A stretch of DNA of 64,000 bases from assembly GCA_963741945.1 (NCBI GenBank), contig CAVUKA010000001.1, positions 544,001 through 608,000 of the forward strand. Direction: 5' to 3'. The first letter of the stretch is position 1. Each line of letters begins with the position of its first letter. This stretch comes from an uncultured Gemmatimonadales bacterium. Its GTDB lineage: Bacteria > Gemmatimonadota > Gemmatimonadetes > Longimicrobiales > RSA9. Positions 39,833 through 49,098 of the stretch are shown one piece after another. The notes below the pieces were generated by a model, which saw nothing but the letters and a program-made list of their open reading frames with translations, was not told where the DNA came from and did no database searches. Made by a program: the position numbers and the translations under genes.

Positions 39833-40820
39833 TTCCTCCTCCCATAGTGCTCCCGTCCGCTCCCTCCGGCCATGGCGCATCGGGTCCATCGCCTGCCCGC
39901 ATGCGTCGCCCCACCCCCAGCCCGATCCCTACCAGCACCAGCGCGCCGCCCACCACGAGCTGTGCGCTCGGCCGCTCGCCGATCCCCGGCAGCCACCACG
40001 CCAGCAGCGTGGCGCCGATCGGCTCTCCGAGCAGCGCCAGGTTCGCCACGTAGGCGCGCACGTAGCGCAGCGCGTAATTCGCCCCCGTATGCCCGATCAT
40101 CATGGGACCGGCCGCCAGCGCCAGAAACACGGCCCAGTCACGCGTCCGATAGCCCGTCACCTGAACGCCCGTGTGCGCCACGACAGCGGTCATCAGGACC
40201 AGCGCGGCCGCGCCGTAGACCACGCCGATGTAGCTCCACAGGTCCAGCCGCTGCCGCAGCCGCCGACCGATCACGTAGTACGCCGACACGAACACCGCGC
40301 CGGCCACCGCCAGCAGGTCCCCGGTCAGCGGCTCCGGCCCGCCGGCGAAGTCGCCCCAGCCGATCACGGCGGCGCCCGCCACCGCCACGGCGATCCCGAC
40401 CCACTGTCGCCTCACCGGCCGCTCGCCCAGGAAGAGCACGCTCAGCAGTGCCACGAACACCGGCTGTGTGTTCACGAGCACCACCGAGCTCGCCACCGTG
40501 GTGTAGCCGAGCGACGCGATCCAGCTCCAGAAGTGCGCGGCCAGCAGCACCCCCGCCGCGCCACCCGCCAGCCAGTCCCGCCACGCGAGGGCGCGGATGG
40601 CGCGACCCCGGTCGCGGACCAGCACCACCAGGGCGATGAAGAGAACGGAGAACGATACGCGCCACGCCGCTACCGCCAGCGGCGGTGCCGTGGTGTAACG
40701 AACCAGCGGACCACCCCAGCTCATGGCCAGCACGGCCACGAGCAGAACGAACCCGGGCGCGGGCGCCAGCCCTGCCCGGGTGCGTTCGGGTACGCCCGCG
40801 CCCGCCCACTTCTCGGTCAT
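39825..40820 (-). CDS. DMT/EamA family transporter
   Basis: Two EamA repeats: LAAHFWSWIASLGYTTVASS..LVNTQPVFV and GEPIGATLLA. Confidence 0.9.
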   Translation of the reverse strand: MTEKWAGAGVPERTRAGLAPAPGFVLLVAVLAMSWGGPLVRYTTAPPLAVAAWRVSFSVLFIALVVLVRDRGRAIRALAWRDWLAGGAAGVLLAAHFWSWIASLGYTTVASSVVLVNTQPVFVALLSVLFLGERPVRRQWVGIAVAVAGAAVIGWGDFAGGPEPLTGDLLAVAGAVFVSAYYVIGRRLRQRLDLWSYIGVVYGAAALVLMTAVVAHTGVQVTGYRTRDWAVFLALAAGPMMIGHTGANYALRYVRAYVANLALLGEPIGATLLAWWLPGIGERPSAQLVVGGALVLVGIGLGVGRRMRAGDGPDAPWPEGADGSTMGGGNG

Positions 40821-40918
40821 GCGCCGCAATATACCCGGGCGACGTCACCCGGCCAACGAGCGGCGGGCAAATCCAGCCACACCCGCCGGCCCGGGGCGCA
40901 CCATCTCGGCTTTGCCCC

Positions 40919-41779
40919 TCAGGGCAGCCGCAGCAGCGCCGCCGCGCTCCGCACGGCCAGCTCACCGCCCACCACCAGGAAGACGAGCCCGAACACGATC
41001 CGCAGCGCGTTCGTCCCCAGCTTCTCGTTCACCACGGCGCCCGCCCCGACAGCCGCGACGGACCCCACCAGGATCGGAAGTGCGGCGCCCCAGTCCACGT
41101 ACCCCAGCGTGGCGGACGGGAGGGCCGCGGAGCCGACATCCGCCGTCGCGTACCCGACCACCCCCGCCGCCGCGGTGAAGAGGATCACCGCCATGGACGT
41201 GGCCGCCACGCGCGGAAGATCGAGGCGCATGAGGTAGACCAGCACGGGGATGGCGACGATCCCCCCGCCCACGCCCAGCAGCGCCGAGAGGACGCCCACG
41301 CCCACGCCACCCAGCGCGGCCAGCAGCGGCCGGGGCGGCCCGTCGCCCCCAGGAGCGCCGGCCCCGTCCGGAGCCGTCGGGGAGCGACGCAGCAGACGCA
41401 CGCCGGATACGAGGAGCACCGCGGCGAACGCGAGCTTGAGCGCCTCCTGGGGGAGCAGCGGCGCGACCCGGCTCGCGGCCAGCGCGGCGCCGATGGACAC
41501 GACGGCGATGGGGAGCGCCGCACTCCACGCCACGGCCCGCCTCCGCTGGTACGTCCACGTCCCCACGAGCGCGGTCGGCACGATGACGAGCAGGCTCGTG
41601 GCATGGGCCACGACGGCCTGGAGCTCCGGCGCCACGGCCGTGCCACTCCAGCCCGGGTGACCATAGACGAAATAGAGGAGGGGCACCGTGAGCACCCCTC
41701 CTCCGATTCCGACCAGCCCCGATACGAACCCGACCGCCAGTCCCGCGGCGGCCAGCGTCAGCCAGACCGGGAGGCTCAA
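40919..41779 (-). CDS. Sulfite exporter TauE/SafE family protein
   Basis: Twice-repeated G..SGLVGIGGG..VP / ATS motif; multiple TM helices. Confidence 0.9.
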   Translation of the reverse strand: MSLPVWLTLAAAGLAVGFVSGLVGIGGGVLTVPLLYFVYGHPGWSGTAVAPELQAVVAHATSLLVIVPTALVGTWTYQRRRAVAWSAALPIAVVSIGAALAASRVAPLLPQEALKLAFAAVLLVSGVRLLRRSPTAPDGAGAPGGDGPPRPLLAALGGVGVGVLSALLGVGGGIVAIPVLVYLMRLDLPRVAATSMAVILFTAAAGVVGYATADVGSAALPSATLGYVDWGAALPILVGSVAAVGAGAVVNEKLGTNALRIVFGLVFLVVGGELAVRSAAALLRLP

Positions 41780-41786
41780 GGCCGCG

Positions 41787-43484
41787 TCAGCGCATGCCTG
41801 CGTGCGGATCCGATGCGGGCGTGGCCTCCGTGCCGAGCGTCAGGTGGTTCCGCTGCGCGTAGCCCGGCAGCAGCGTGAACAGATCCGCCGTGCTGTTCGC
41901 CGCGTGCAGCAGGTCCACCGCCGCGGCCACCTGCGGATCGTCCGCCATCAGCCGCTTCCAGCCTTCCTCCCGGCCGAACCTGTTCACGCTCACTTCGTTC
42001 GCCAGACGGTGGGAGATGAGCGGGGTGGCCTGGTCGAACACGCTCCGCTCCACGTCCACACCGTGCTTCTTCATCGCTTCGTAGAACCCGGTGAGCATCG
42101 CCGGCGTCACGGGGAAGCCGGGCTTCAGATCCGGGTGCGCGTGCGCATAGTCCACCGCGTAGGCATAGAGCGCGTTGTTGAAATCGTTCACCTTCCCGTT
42201 CAGCGCTTCCACAAGCGCCTGCTCGCCACGCGTCAGCGTGTCCATCACCACCAGGTCCGGCGTGATCCCGCCGCCGCCGAGCACTTTCCGCCCGTCATCG
42301 GTGTGGAACATGGGCACGTCGGCTTCCGACTTCTCGTCGGTGGAGCGGGCCGCGCCCGCCGGCGCCCGGTCATCCTCCTGCGCCGTGCCCGCTTCCGCCA
42401 GCGGCGTGCTCCCGATGCCGTACGGCTTCTGGATGCTGCGCCCGGATGGCGTGTACCACCGGGCCGTGGTCAGCTTCAGGATGTTGTCGCCCGGAAGGTT
42501 GTACAGCGTCTGGACCGACCCCTTCCCGAAGCTCGTGGTCCCCACCAGCAGCGCACGATCGTGGTCCTGCAGCGCGCCGGCGACGATCTCCGTGGCCGAC
42601 GCGCTCCGCATCCCGATGAGCACGGCCATCTTCAGCCCCTCGAACTGGTCCGGGTGCGCGGCGTGGAACACGTGGTTCTGGTCCGGCGTGCGCCCCCGCG
42701 TCTCGAGTACCAGCTGCCGCTGCGGCAGGAACAGGTCCGCCACGCCGATCCCCTGGTCGAGCAGACCGCCACTGTTGCGGCGCATGTCCAGCACGATCGA
42801 TCGGGCCCCCTTCGCGCGCAGGCGGCTGATGGCGTTGCGCAGGCTGTCCGTGGCCGTCTCGCTGAACACGGTCAGCTCCACGTACCCCGTCTGCGGGTCC
42901 AGCATGTACGACTCGGGGACCGCCGTGATCTCGATGGCGTCGCGCGTGATCTCGAACGGGATCGGCTCATCGATCCCCATCCGCGCCACGGTGATGTGGA
43001 CGGTGGAGCCCTTCGGGCCCCGGAGCACCGACACCGCCTTGTCCGTGGTCCACCCCTTCGTGCTCTCTCCCTCCACCTTGACGATCCGGTCCCCCGCCTG
43101 AAGACCCACCCGCTCGGCCGGGGAGTTGGGGAGCGGCGAGATGACCGTGAGCCAGTGGTCGCGGATGTCGATCTCGATCCCCAGTCCGCCGTACTCGCCG
43201 TGCGTCTGCATCCGCAGGTCGGCATAGTCCTCCGGCGTCATGAACACCGAGTGCGGATCCCCCAGCTCCTCCATCATGCCGTCGATCGCCATGTGGTAGA
43301 GCTGGTCCGGGTCCTTCTCCTCCACGAAGTGCTTGGACACGTAGTCCACCACCTGCCCGAGGAGACGGGCCTGGAAATACACGTTCTGGTCCGGGTCCGC
43401 CCCCTTCTGCAGGAGCCACCCGCCCGTGGTCAGGCCGATCACGGCCACCACCACCGGCGCCACCAATGAGCGCTTCATCTTCAT
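41787..43484 (-). CDS. ctpA: C-terminal processing protease, S41 family with PDZ domain
   Basis: DPHS, GGLGI (PDZ), DMRRNSGG, SASATEIVAGALQD, SFGKGSVQ and TTARWYTPSGRSIQ. Confidence 0.93.
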   Translation of the reverse strand: MKMKRSLVAPVVVAVIGLTTGGWLLQKGADPDQNVYFQARLLGQVVDYVSKHFVEEKDPDQLYHMAIDGMMEELGDPHSVFMTPEDYADLRMQTHGEYGGLGIEIDIRDHWLTVISPLPNSPAERVGLQAGDRIVKVEGESTKGWTTDKAVSVLRGPKGSTVHITVARMGIDEPIPFEITRDAIEITAVPESYMLDPQTGYVELTVFSETATDSLRNAISRLRAKGARSIVLDMRRNSGGLLDQGIGVADLFLPQRQLVLETRGRTPDQNHVFHAAHPDQFEGLKMAVLIGMRSASATEIVAGALQDHDRALLVGTTSFGKGSVQTLYNLPGDNILKLTTARWYTPSGRSIQKPYGIGSTPLAEAGTAQEDDRAPAGAARSTDEKSEADVPMFHTDDGRKVLGGGGITPDLVVMDTLTRGEQALVEALNGKVNDFNNALYAYAVDYAHAHPDLKPGFPVTPAMLTGFYEAMKKHGVDVERSVFDQATPLISHRLANEVSVNRFGREEGWKRLMADDPQVAAAVDLLHAANSTADLFTLLPGYAQRNHLTLGTEATPASDPHAGMR

Positions 43485-43526
43485 CCGTCCTCCGAAGCAT
43501 CCGCCTTGTGCCGCACGACCCGGTTC

Positions 43527-44171
43527 TTAACCCCCGCCTGCCGCGAAGGTTTCCGGGAAGCGCGCGGTCAGGAGCGAGACCACGGCCCCGTGCACCGCTG
43601 CCGCAGGCGCCGACCCGTCCACCCGCTCGATCCTCTCGTCACGGCGCGCAAGCAAGCGGTATGCCTCCACCACCCGGTCATGGAAAACATCACCCGCCCG
43701 CTCGATCCGGTCCTCGCCCCCCCCGCGCCACGCCCGCCTCGCCACGCCCGTGGCCGCGTCCACGTCCAGCAGCACCGTGAGATCCGGCTCCAGACCCCCC
43801 GTGGCGAACGCGTTCATCGCCACCACTTCCTCCAGTGGCAGCTCCCGCCCGTACCCCTGGTACGCCAGCGTCGAAAGCGCGAACCGGTCCGTGACGACGA
43901 CCCGCCCCGCCGTCAGCGCCGGCCGGATCACTTCCGCGACCAGCGACGACCTCGCCGCCAGCATCAGCAGCAGCTCCGTCCTCGCCGACAGCGCGTCGGA
44001 ATGCAGCAGGATCTCCCTGGCCGACTCCGCCACGCCCGTGCCCCCCGGCTCCCGCGTGAGCAGCGGCTCGAACCCGCGCGCCTGGAGCCACTGCGCCAGC
44101 AGACCCACCTGCGTGGTCTTGCCCGCGCCTTCAGGACCCTCGATCGCTATGAAGATGCCTCTGCCCCGCAC
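43527..44171 (-). CDS. tmk: Thymidylate kinase
   Basis: FIAIEGPEGAGKTTQ, TREPGG and DRFALSTLAYQG; start uncertain. Confidence 0.96.
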   Translation of the reverse strand: MRGRGIFIAIEGPEGAGKTTQVGLLAQWLQARGFEPLLTREPGGTGVAESAREILLHSDALSARTELLLMLAARSSLVAEVIRPALTAGRVVVTDRFALSTLAYQGYGRELPLEEVVAMNAFATGGLEPDLTVLLDVDAATGVARRAWRGGGEDRIERAGDVFHDRVVEAYRLLARRDERIERVDGSAPAAAVHGAVVSLLTARFPETFAAGGG

Positions 44172-44266
44172 GCGCTGGCCCTCCGTGCCTTCGTGGCTTC
44201 GTGCGACTCGCCGCTCCAGGGCGCCCGCCCCTGTCGGCCACCCCATGTCCGGAAATGCCCCGATGC

Positions 44267-45580
44267 CTACTCGTAGTACTCGATCCCGAGGTGCGTGATC
44301 TGCTCCTCGCCCATGAGGTGCCGCAACGTGTTCTTCAGCTTCATGTGCTGGATGAACAGATCGTGCTCGGGGTAGAGCTCGGGCGCGTGCATCGGGCTCT
44401 TGAAGAAGAACGACAGCCACTCCTGGATCCCGCTCATCCCGGCGCGCCCCGCCAGGTCCATGAAGAGCGCCAGGTCCAGTACGATGGGCGCGGCCAGGAT
44501 GGAGTCGCGACAGAGGAAGTCGATCTTGATCTGCATCGGGTAGCCGAGCCACCCGAAGATGTCCAGGTTGTCCCACCCCTCCTTGTTGTCGCCGCGCGGA
44601 GGGTAGTAGTTGATCCGGACTTTGTGGTAGAAGTCCTTGTACAGCTCCGGGTACATGTCCGGCTGGAGGATGTGCTCCAGGACGCTGAGCTTCGACTCCT
44701 CCTTCGTCTTGAACGATTCCGGGTCGTCCAGCACCTCGCCGTCGCGGTTGCCCAGGATGTTCGTGCTGAACCAGCCGCTCAGCCCCAGCATCCTCGCCTT
44801 GAGACCGGGGGCGATGATGGTCTTCATCAGCGTCTGACCGGTCTTGAAGTCCTTCCCGGCCACGGGCACCCCGTTCTCCTCAGCCAGCGCCATGAGCGCG
44901 GGCACGTCGCCGCTCAGGTTGGGCGCGCCGTTGGCGTACGGCACGCCCTCCTTCAGTGCGGCCCAGGCGTAGATCATGGATGGCGCGATGGCGGCGTCGT
45001 TGTCCCGCATCGCCTGTTCGAACGACTCGATGCTCTCGTGCGCGGCGCCGGCCTTCAGGAAGATCTCCGTGGAGCCGCACCAGATCATGACCAGGCGGTC
45101 ACAGCCGTTCTCCTCCTTGAAGCGGCGGATGTCCGCGCGCAGCTGCTCGCCCAGCTCCAGCTTGGTCGCCGCCGTCTTGACGTTCGGGCCGTCGAGCCGC
45201 TTCACGTACGCCTTGTCGAACACCGCGGGCATCGGCTTGACCGTCCTGAGGAAATCGCCCACGGCCTCGATGTCCCGCTCCTCCAGCACCCTCGCCGCTC
45301 GCGCGCTCCGGTACGCATCGTCCGCGATCGGGTCCCATGCGCCGAACACCAGCTGGTCCAGCTGTGCCAGCGGCACGAAGTCCTTCACTTTCGGCGTGCG
45401 GACCTCGGTCCTCTTCCCCAGCCGGATGGTCTGCATCTGGGTCACGGAGCCGATCGGCTCCGCCAGCCCCCGGCGCACGGACTCCACGCCGGCGATGAAC
45501 GTGGTGGCCACGGCCCCGAGCCCGGGGAGCAGTACGCCGAGCTTCCCCTCGGCAGGTCGGATATCCTTCGGTGCAGTCAA
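44267..45580 (-). CDS. ino1: myo-inositol-1-phosphate synthase
   Basis: GLGAVATT, NGAPN, GKDFKTGQT, NILGNRDG, GDNKEGWD and CRDSILAAP; TTG start overlaps the upstream stop. Confidence 0.95.
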   Translation of the reverse strand: MTAPKDIRPAEGKLGVLLPGLGAVATTFIAGVESVRRGLAEPIGSVTQMQTIRLGKRTEVRTPKVKDFVPLAQLDQLVFGAWDPIADDAYRSARAARVLEERDIEAVGDFLRTVKPMPAVFDKAYVKRLDGPNVKTAATKLELGEQLRADIRRFKEENGCDRLVMIWCGSTEIFLKAGAAHESIESFEQAMRDNDAAIAPSMIYAWAALKEGVPYANGAPNLSGDVPALMALAEENGVPVAGKDFKTGQTLMKTIIAPGLKARMLGLSGWFSTNILGNRDGEVLDDPESFKTKEESKLSVLEHILQPDMYPELYKDFYHKVRINYYPPRGDNKEGWDNLDIFGWLGYPMQIKIDFLCRDSILAAPIVLDLALFMDLAGRAGMSGIQEWLSFFFKSPMHAPELYPEHDLFIQHMKLKNTLRHLMGEEQITHLGIEYYE

Positions 45581-46236
45581 CGTTCGGTCTCTCGTTCTTT
45601 GGGTTGCGACGACGGCTCCAGCGGCACGCCGCGGGCGTGCTGATACACCCACACGATACGCTGGAACGCCGTGATGTTCGTGAGGATTGCGAGCACCAGG
45701 ATGACGCCCTTCAACACCAGTCCCTGCCAGGCAGTGCCGAAGAAGAGCGACGCGGCGCCGATGAGCACCACGCGCTCGGCGCGGGGCATGAGGCCCACGC
45801 GGCAGTCCAGCCCGAGCGCTTCCGCCCGCGCCCGCGTGTAGCTCACCATGAGCGACCCGGCCATGGCGAGCATGATCAGGTAGATCATCCCCACGTCGCC
45901 CAGCTCGAGCCGGTAGTCGTTGTAAAGGGAAAGGAGCCCCAGGTAGACAGCGATCTCGCTCACCCGGTCCAGCGTCGAGTCGTAGAATGCGCCGAACTTG
46001 CTGCCCAGCCCCGTCAGCCGCGCGACGCGGCCGTCCAGGATGTCGAAGAACCCGCCCAGCAGGACCAGCAGCCCGCCCGTGCGCACCCTGTGCAGGTCGA
46101 ATGCGGCGGCCGAGCTCATGGTCACCAGGAATCCCAGCGTGGTGAGCAGGTTCGGATGGACCCGCCGGTCCGCCAGCCAACGGGTGAGCGGATGCAGGAT
46201 CCGGTAGACGCCCTCCCTCAGGGACTCGAGCTGCAT
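45577..46236 (-). CDS. CDP-alcohol phosphatidyltransferase, probable phosphatidylinositol-phosphate synthase
   Basis: HPNLLT, DILDGRVAR...GAFYDSTLDR, VSYTRARAE and GLMPRAER; coupled to ino1. Confidence 0.85.
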   Translation of the reverse strand: MQLESLREGVYRILHPLTRWLADRRVHPNLLTTLGFLVTMSSAAAFDLHRVRTGGLLVLLGGFFDILDGRVARLTGLGSKFGAFYDSTLDRVSEIAVYLGLLSLYNDYRLELGDVGMIYLIMLAMAGSLMVSYTRARAEALGLDCRVGLMPRAERVVLIGAASLFFGTAWQGLVLKGVILVLAILTNITAFQRIVWVYQHARGVPLEPSSQPKERETER

Positions 46237-46245
46237 GGGACGTGG

Positions 46246-46608
46246 TCAGGAAGGCATGATGATGCTGGACTTCGACCCCGCTTCAATGCCCTCGCCGATC
46301 TGCTCGTTCACCTTCTGCAGCAGCTTGTCGAAATTCGACTGCGCCGCCACCAGACCCTGGTAGATGGCGCCGGACTGCAGGTCGGACGCAAGCTTCTCGT
46401 ACTCCTGCTGCGTCTCCTCCGTGGGCTGCTGCCCCTGCTGCAGAGCGCCCGTGATCTCCCGCTCCAGCTGCGACAGCCGGTTCAGCAGCTCCACCGCCTC
46501 ACGATCCTCATTCAGGCGTTGCCGCGCCCGCTGCAGCGCCTTGTACTCGTCCGTCTGGCCCAGCAGCCGACCCACGTCCTTCGCCTTCTCGAGCATCCCT
46601 TCGTGCAT
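46246..46608 (-). CDS. YlbF/YmcA (Com_YlbF) family protein
   Basis: EKAKDVGRLL..TDEYKAL...A....DREA; helical; C-terminal AQ..FDKLLQKVN..I pattern. Confidence 0.75.
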   Translation of the reverse strand: MHEGMLEKAKDVGRLLGQTDEYKALQRARQRLNEDREAVELLNRLSQLEREITGALQQGQQPTEETQQEYEKLASDLQSGAIYQGLVAAQSNFDKLLQKVNEQIGEGIEAGSKSSIIMPS

Positions 46609-46634
46609 GCGTTCCCTCGCCTTCCCCTCGTCGT

Positions 46635-47507
46635 CTAGTCCGCCGCCGCCAGCACGAAGCGCTCGCGGCCCGTCAGGTCCGTCTCGATTGCCGGGTCCGG
46701 GAATCCCGCCTCCCGGAGCCAGCCGGCCACCCTGGCCGCCTGACCGAGCCCCAGCTCCAGTGCGAGAAGGCCGCCGGACACCAGGTGCCCCGCGGCTCCC
46801 GCCACGATCCCCCGCACCACTACGAGGCCGTCGTCGCCCGCGAACAGCGCTTCCGCCGGCTCGTGCTCGCGCACTTCCGGCATGAGCGACGACCGCTCTC
46901 CCTCGCTCACGTACGGGGGATTGCTCACAATAACCTCGAACCTCTCCCCGGGTCCAATCGGCTCCCAGAGCGGGCCCCGCCGGAACTCGACCCGCGGCGC
47001 GACGCCCACCCGCGCCGCGTTCGCGGCCGCCACCGCGAGCGCCCCCTCCGCGACGTCCGTGGCCACGCCCCGCTCCACCAGCCCCTCCGCCAGCAGGCTG
47101 AGAATGATCGCTCCTGACCCGGTACCGATGTCCAGCGCTCGACTCGCCCCCGCCGCACCGGTGCCGGCCACGAAGCGCGCCACCGCGCCCACCAGCGCCT
47201 CCGTCTCCGGCCGCGGGATCAGCACCCGCGGGTCCACCGCCAGCGTCAGCTCCCGGAACGCCGACTCCCCGGTGATGTACTGGAGCGGCTCACGGTTCCC
47301 GCGACGGCGAACCACCTCCCGGTACGCGGCCACCTCCGCGGGCTCCAGCGGGCGCTCGAACTGCAGGTACAGGTCCAGGCGTCGGACCCGCAGCACGTGG
47401 GCGAGGAGCAGCTCCGCATCGAGCCGGCCGTCCTCGACGCCGCGATCGGTGAGGTGCCCGGCGGCGAGACGGGCCAGGTCGAGCGGGCGCGGGCGAGCGT
47501 CGCTCAC
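46635..47507 (-). CDS. prmC: Release factor glutamine methyltransferase
   Basis: [24 protein letters not shown] and SNPPY. Confidence 0.97.
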   Translation of the reverse strand: MSDARPRPLDLARLAAGHLTDRGVEDGRLDAELLLAHVLRVRRLDLYLQFERPLEPAEVAAYREVVRRRGNREPLQYITGESAFRELTLAVDPRVLIPRPETEALVGAVARFVAGTGAAGASRALDIGTGSGAIILSLLAEGLVERGVATDVAEGALAVAAANAARVGVAPRVEFRRGPLWEPIGPGERFEVIVSNPPYVSEGERSSLMPEVREHEPAEALFAGDDGLVVVRGIVAGAAGHLVSGGLLALELGLGQAARVAGWLREAGFPDPAIETDLTGRERFVLAAAD

Positions 47508-48580
47508 GCCACCGCGTCGCCCCTCAGCCGCTCCTCCTCGCGCGCGAACCGGAGCGCATCGATGACCGCGTCGAGGTCCCCATCCAGCACATCGGAGAGC
47601 TTGTAGAGCGTCAGGTTGATGCGATGGTCGGTCACACGGCCCTGCGGGAAGTTGTACGTCCGGATCTTCGCCGACCGATCCCCTGTTCCCACCTGCATCT
47701 TCCGGTCCCGCGAGCGCTCCGCCTCCTGCGCCGCGATCTTCGCGTCGAGCAGGCGGCTGCGCAGCACTTTCAGCGCTTTCGCCTTGTTCTTGTGCTGTGA
47801 CTTCTCGTCCTGACAGGTCACCACCAGGCCGGTGGGGATGTGCGTGATCCGCACGGCCGAGTCCGTGGTGTTCACGCTCTGGCCGCCCGGGCCCGACGAC
47901 CGGAACACGTCGACCCGCAGCTCCTCATCGCGAATGTCAATGTCGACATCTTCCGCCTCCGGCAGCACGGCCACCGTGGCTGCCGACGTGTGGATCCGAC
48001 CCTGGCTCTCCGTCTCCGGCACCCGCTGCACGCGGTGCACGCCGGACTCGCTGCGCAGATCGCCGTACGCGTCCTTCCCCCGCACGATGAAGACGGCCTC
48101 GCGGTAGCCGCCCACCTCACCTTCGCTCACGCTCACCGTCTCCGCCCGCCACCCGCGCGTCTCCGCGTAGCGCAGGTACATGCGCACCAGGTCCCCCGCA
48201 AACAGCGCGGCCTCATCGCCACCCGTGCCCGCGCGCACCTCCACCACCGCCGCACGATCCGCCAGCGGGTCCTTCGGCACGAGCAGGCGAGTCGCCCGGT
48301 CGACGAGCGCTTCCTCCCGCTCCTCCAGCGCCGAGGCTTCCGCTGCCGCCAGCTCCGCCATCTCCTCGTCCGGCGACGACGCCAGCTCCCGCGCTTCCCC
48401 CAGCTGCTTCCGTACCCGGCGCAGCTCCTCCGCCACCTCCGCCACCGGCGTCAGGTCCGCCTGCGCCTGCGCCACCTCGCGCAGGCGCTGCGGGTCCCCG
48501 AGCACGTCCGGGTCCGCCAGCCGCACCGTCAGCTCACGGTGCCGCTCTTCCGCCTGTTCCAGCCGCGTTTCCAGTGACAT
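47504..48580 (-). CDS. prfA: Peptide chain release factor 1
   Basis: GTGGDEA, RVPETE (PxT motif), GPGGQSVN and RTYNFPQ; adjacent to prmC. Confidence 0.98.
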   Translation of the reverse strand: MSLETRLEQAEERHRELTVRLADPDVLGDPQRLREVAQAQADLTPVAEVAEELRRVRKQLGEARELASSPDEEMAELAAAEASALEEREEALVDRATRLLVPKDPLADRAAVVEVRAGTGGDEAALFAGDLVRMYLRYAETRGWRAETVSVSEGEVGGYREAVFIVRGKDAYGDLRSESGVHRVQRVPETESQGRIHTSAATVAVLPEAEDVDIDIRDEELRVDVFRSSGPGGQSVNTTDSAVRITHIPTGLVVTCQDEKSQHKNKAKALKVLRSRLLDAKIAAQEAERSRDRKMQVGTGDRSAKIRTYNFPQGRVTDHRINLTLYKLSDVLDGDLDAVIDALRFAREEERLRGDAVA

Positions 48581-48591
48581 ACACTCATGCG

Positions 48592-48616
48592 AAAAGAGCC
48601 GGGACTCGCCCGGCTC
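48592..48616 (-). terminator. Intrinsic terminator after rpmE
   Basis: Minus strand reads GAGCCGGG-cgagt-CCCGGCTC-TTTT: a perfect 8-bp stem with a U tract. Confidence 0.65.
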
Positions 48617-48673
48617 CTCGTGAACTTCCCATCCCCGCGTGCCGAAGCTCCGGGGGCGCTCCGGGCCGGGGCG

Positions 48674-49003
48674 TCAGACCGCCTCGGCCTCCGCGCCACC
48701 TTCCGGCTTCGCTTCCGCCGTGGCGTCCGCCGCCGCGGTCTGCTTGGCCTCGTCGTCCATGGACTCCGCGCCCGTGCCCTGCGCTTTCGTACCCTTCGAC
48801 GCTTCGCCACCACCCCACTTGCGACGGAACCGCTCCACCCGTCCGGCCGTGTCCATCAACCGCTGCTTCCCCGTGAAGAACGGGTGGCAGACCGAGCACA
48901 CGTCCAGGTGGATGTCCTCCTTGGTGCTCCGCGTCTCGAACGTATTGCCGCACGCGCAGTGCACCGTCGCCTGCTTGTATTCCGGGTGGATTCCCTGCTT
49001 CAT
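48674..49003 (-). CDS. rpmE: 50S ribosomal protein L31 (Zn-binding type) with C-terminal extension
   Basis: [23 protein letters not shown] and GRVERF, followed by a tail of about 40 aa rich in A/E/G/K. Confidence 0.97.
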   Translation of the reverse strand: MKQGIHPEYKQATVHCACGNTFETRSTKEDIHLDVCSVCHPFFTGKQRLMDTAGRVERFRRKWGGGEASKGTKAQGTGAESMDDEAKQTAAADATAEAKPEGGAEAEAV

Positions 49004-49098
49004 TGTCGCTGCTCCGTTCCTTTGTTTGCCAGCCGATAATGATAGCGCCACCCTTTTTTCGACGCCACCCCCCGAACCGCCCGCTGCCCGCCTGCCTC

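Noticed and set aside
47504-48580. Programmed frameshift in the release factor
   Set aside because: The gene is RF1 (PxT motif, next to prmC) with an uninterrupted frame; the frameshift is a prfB feature.
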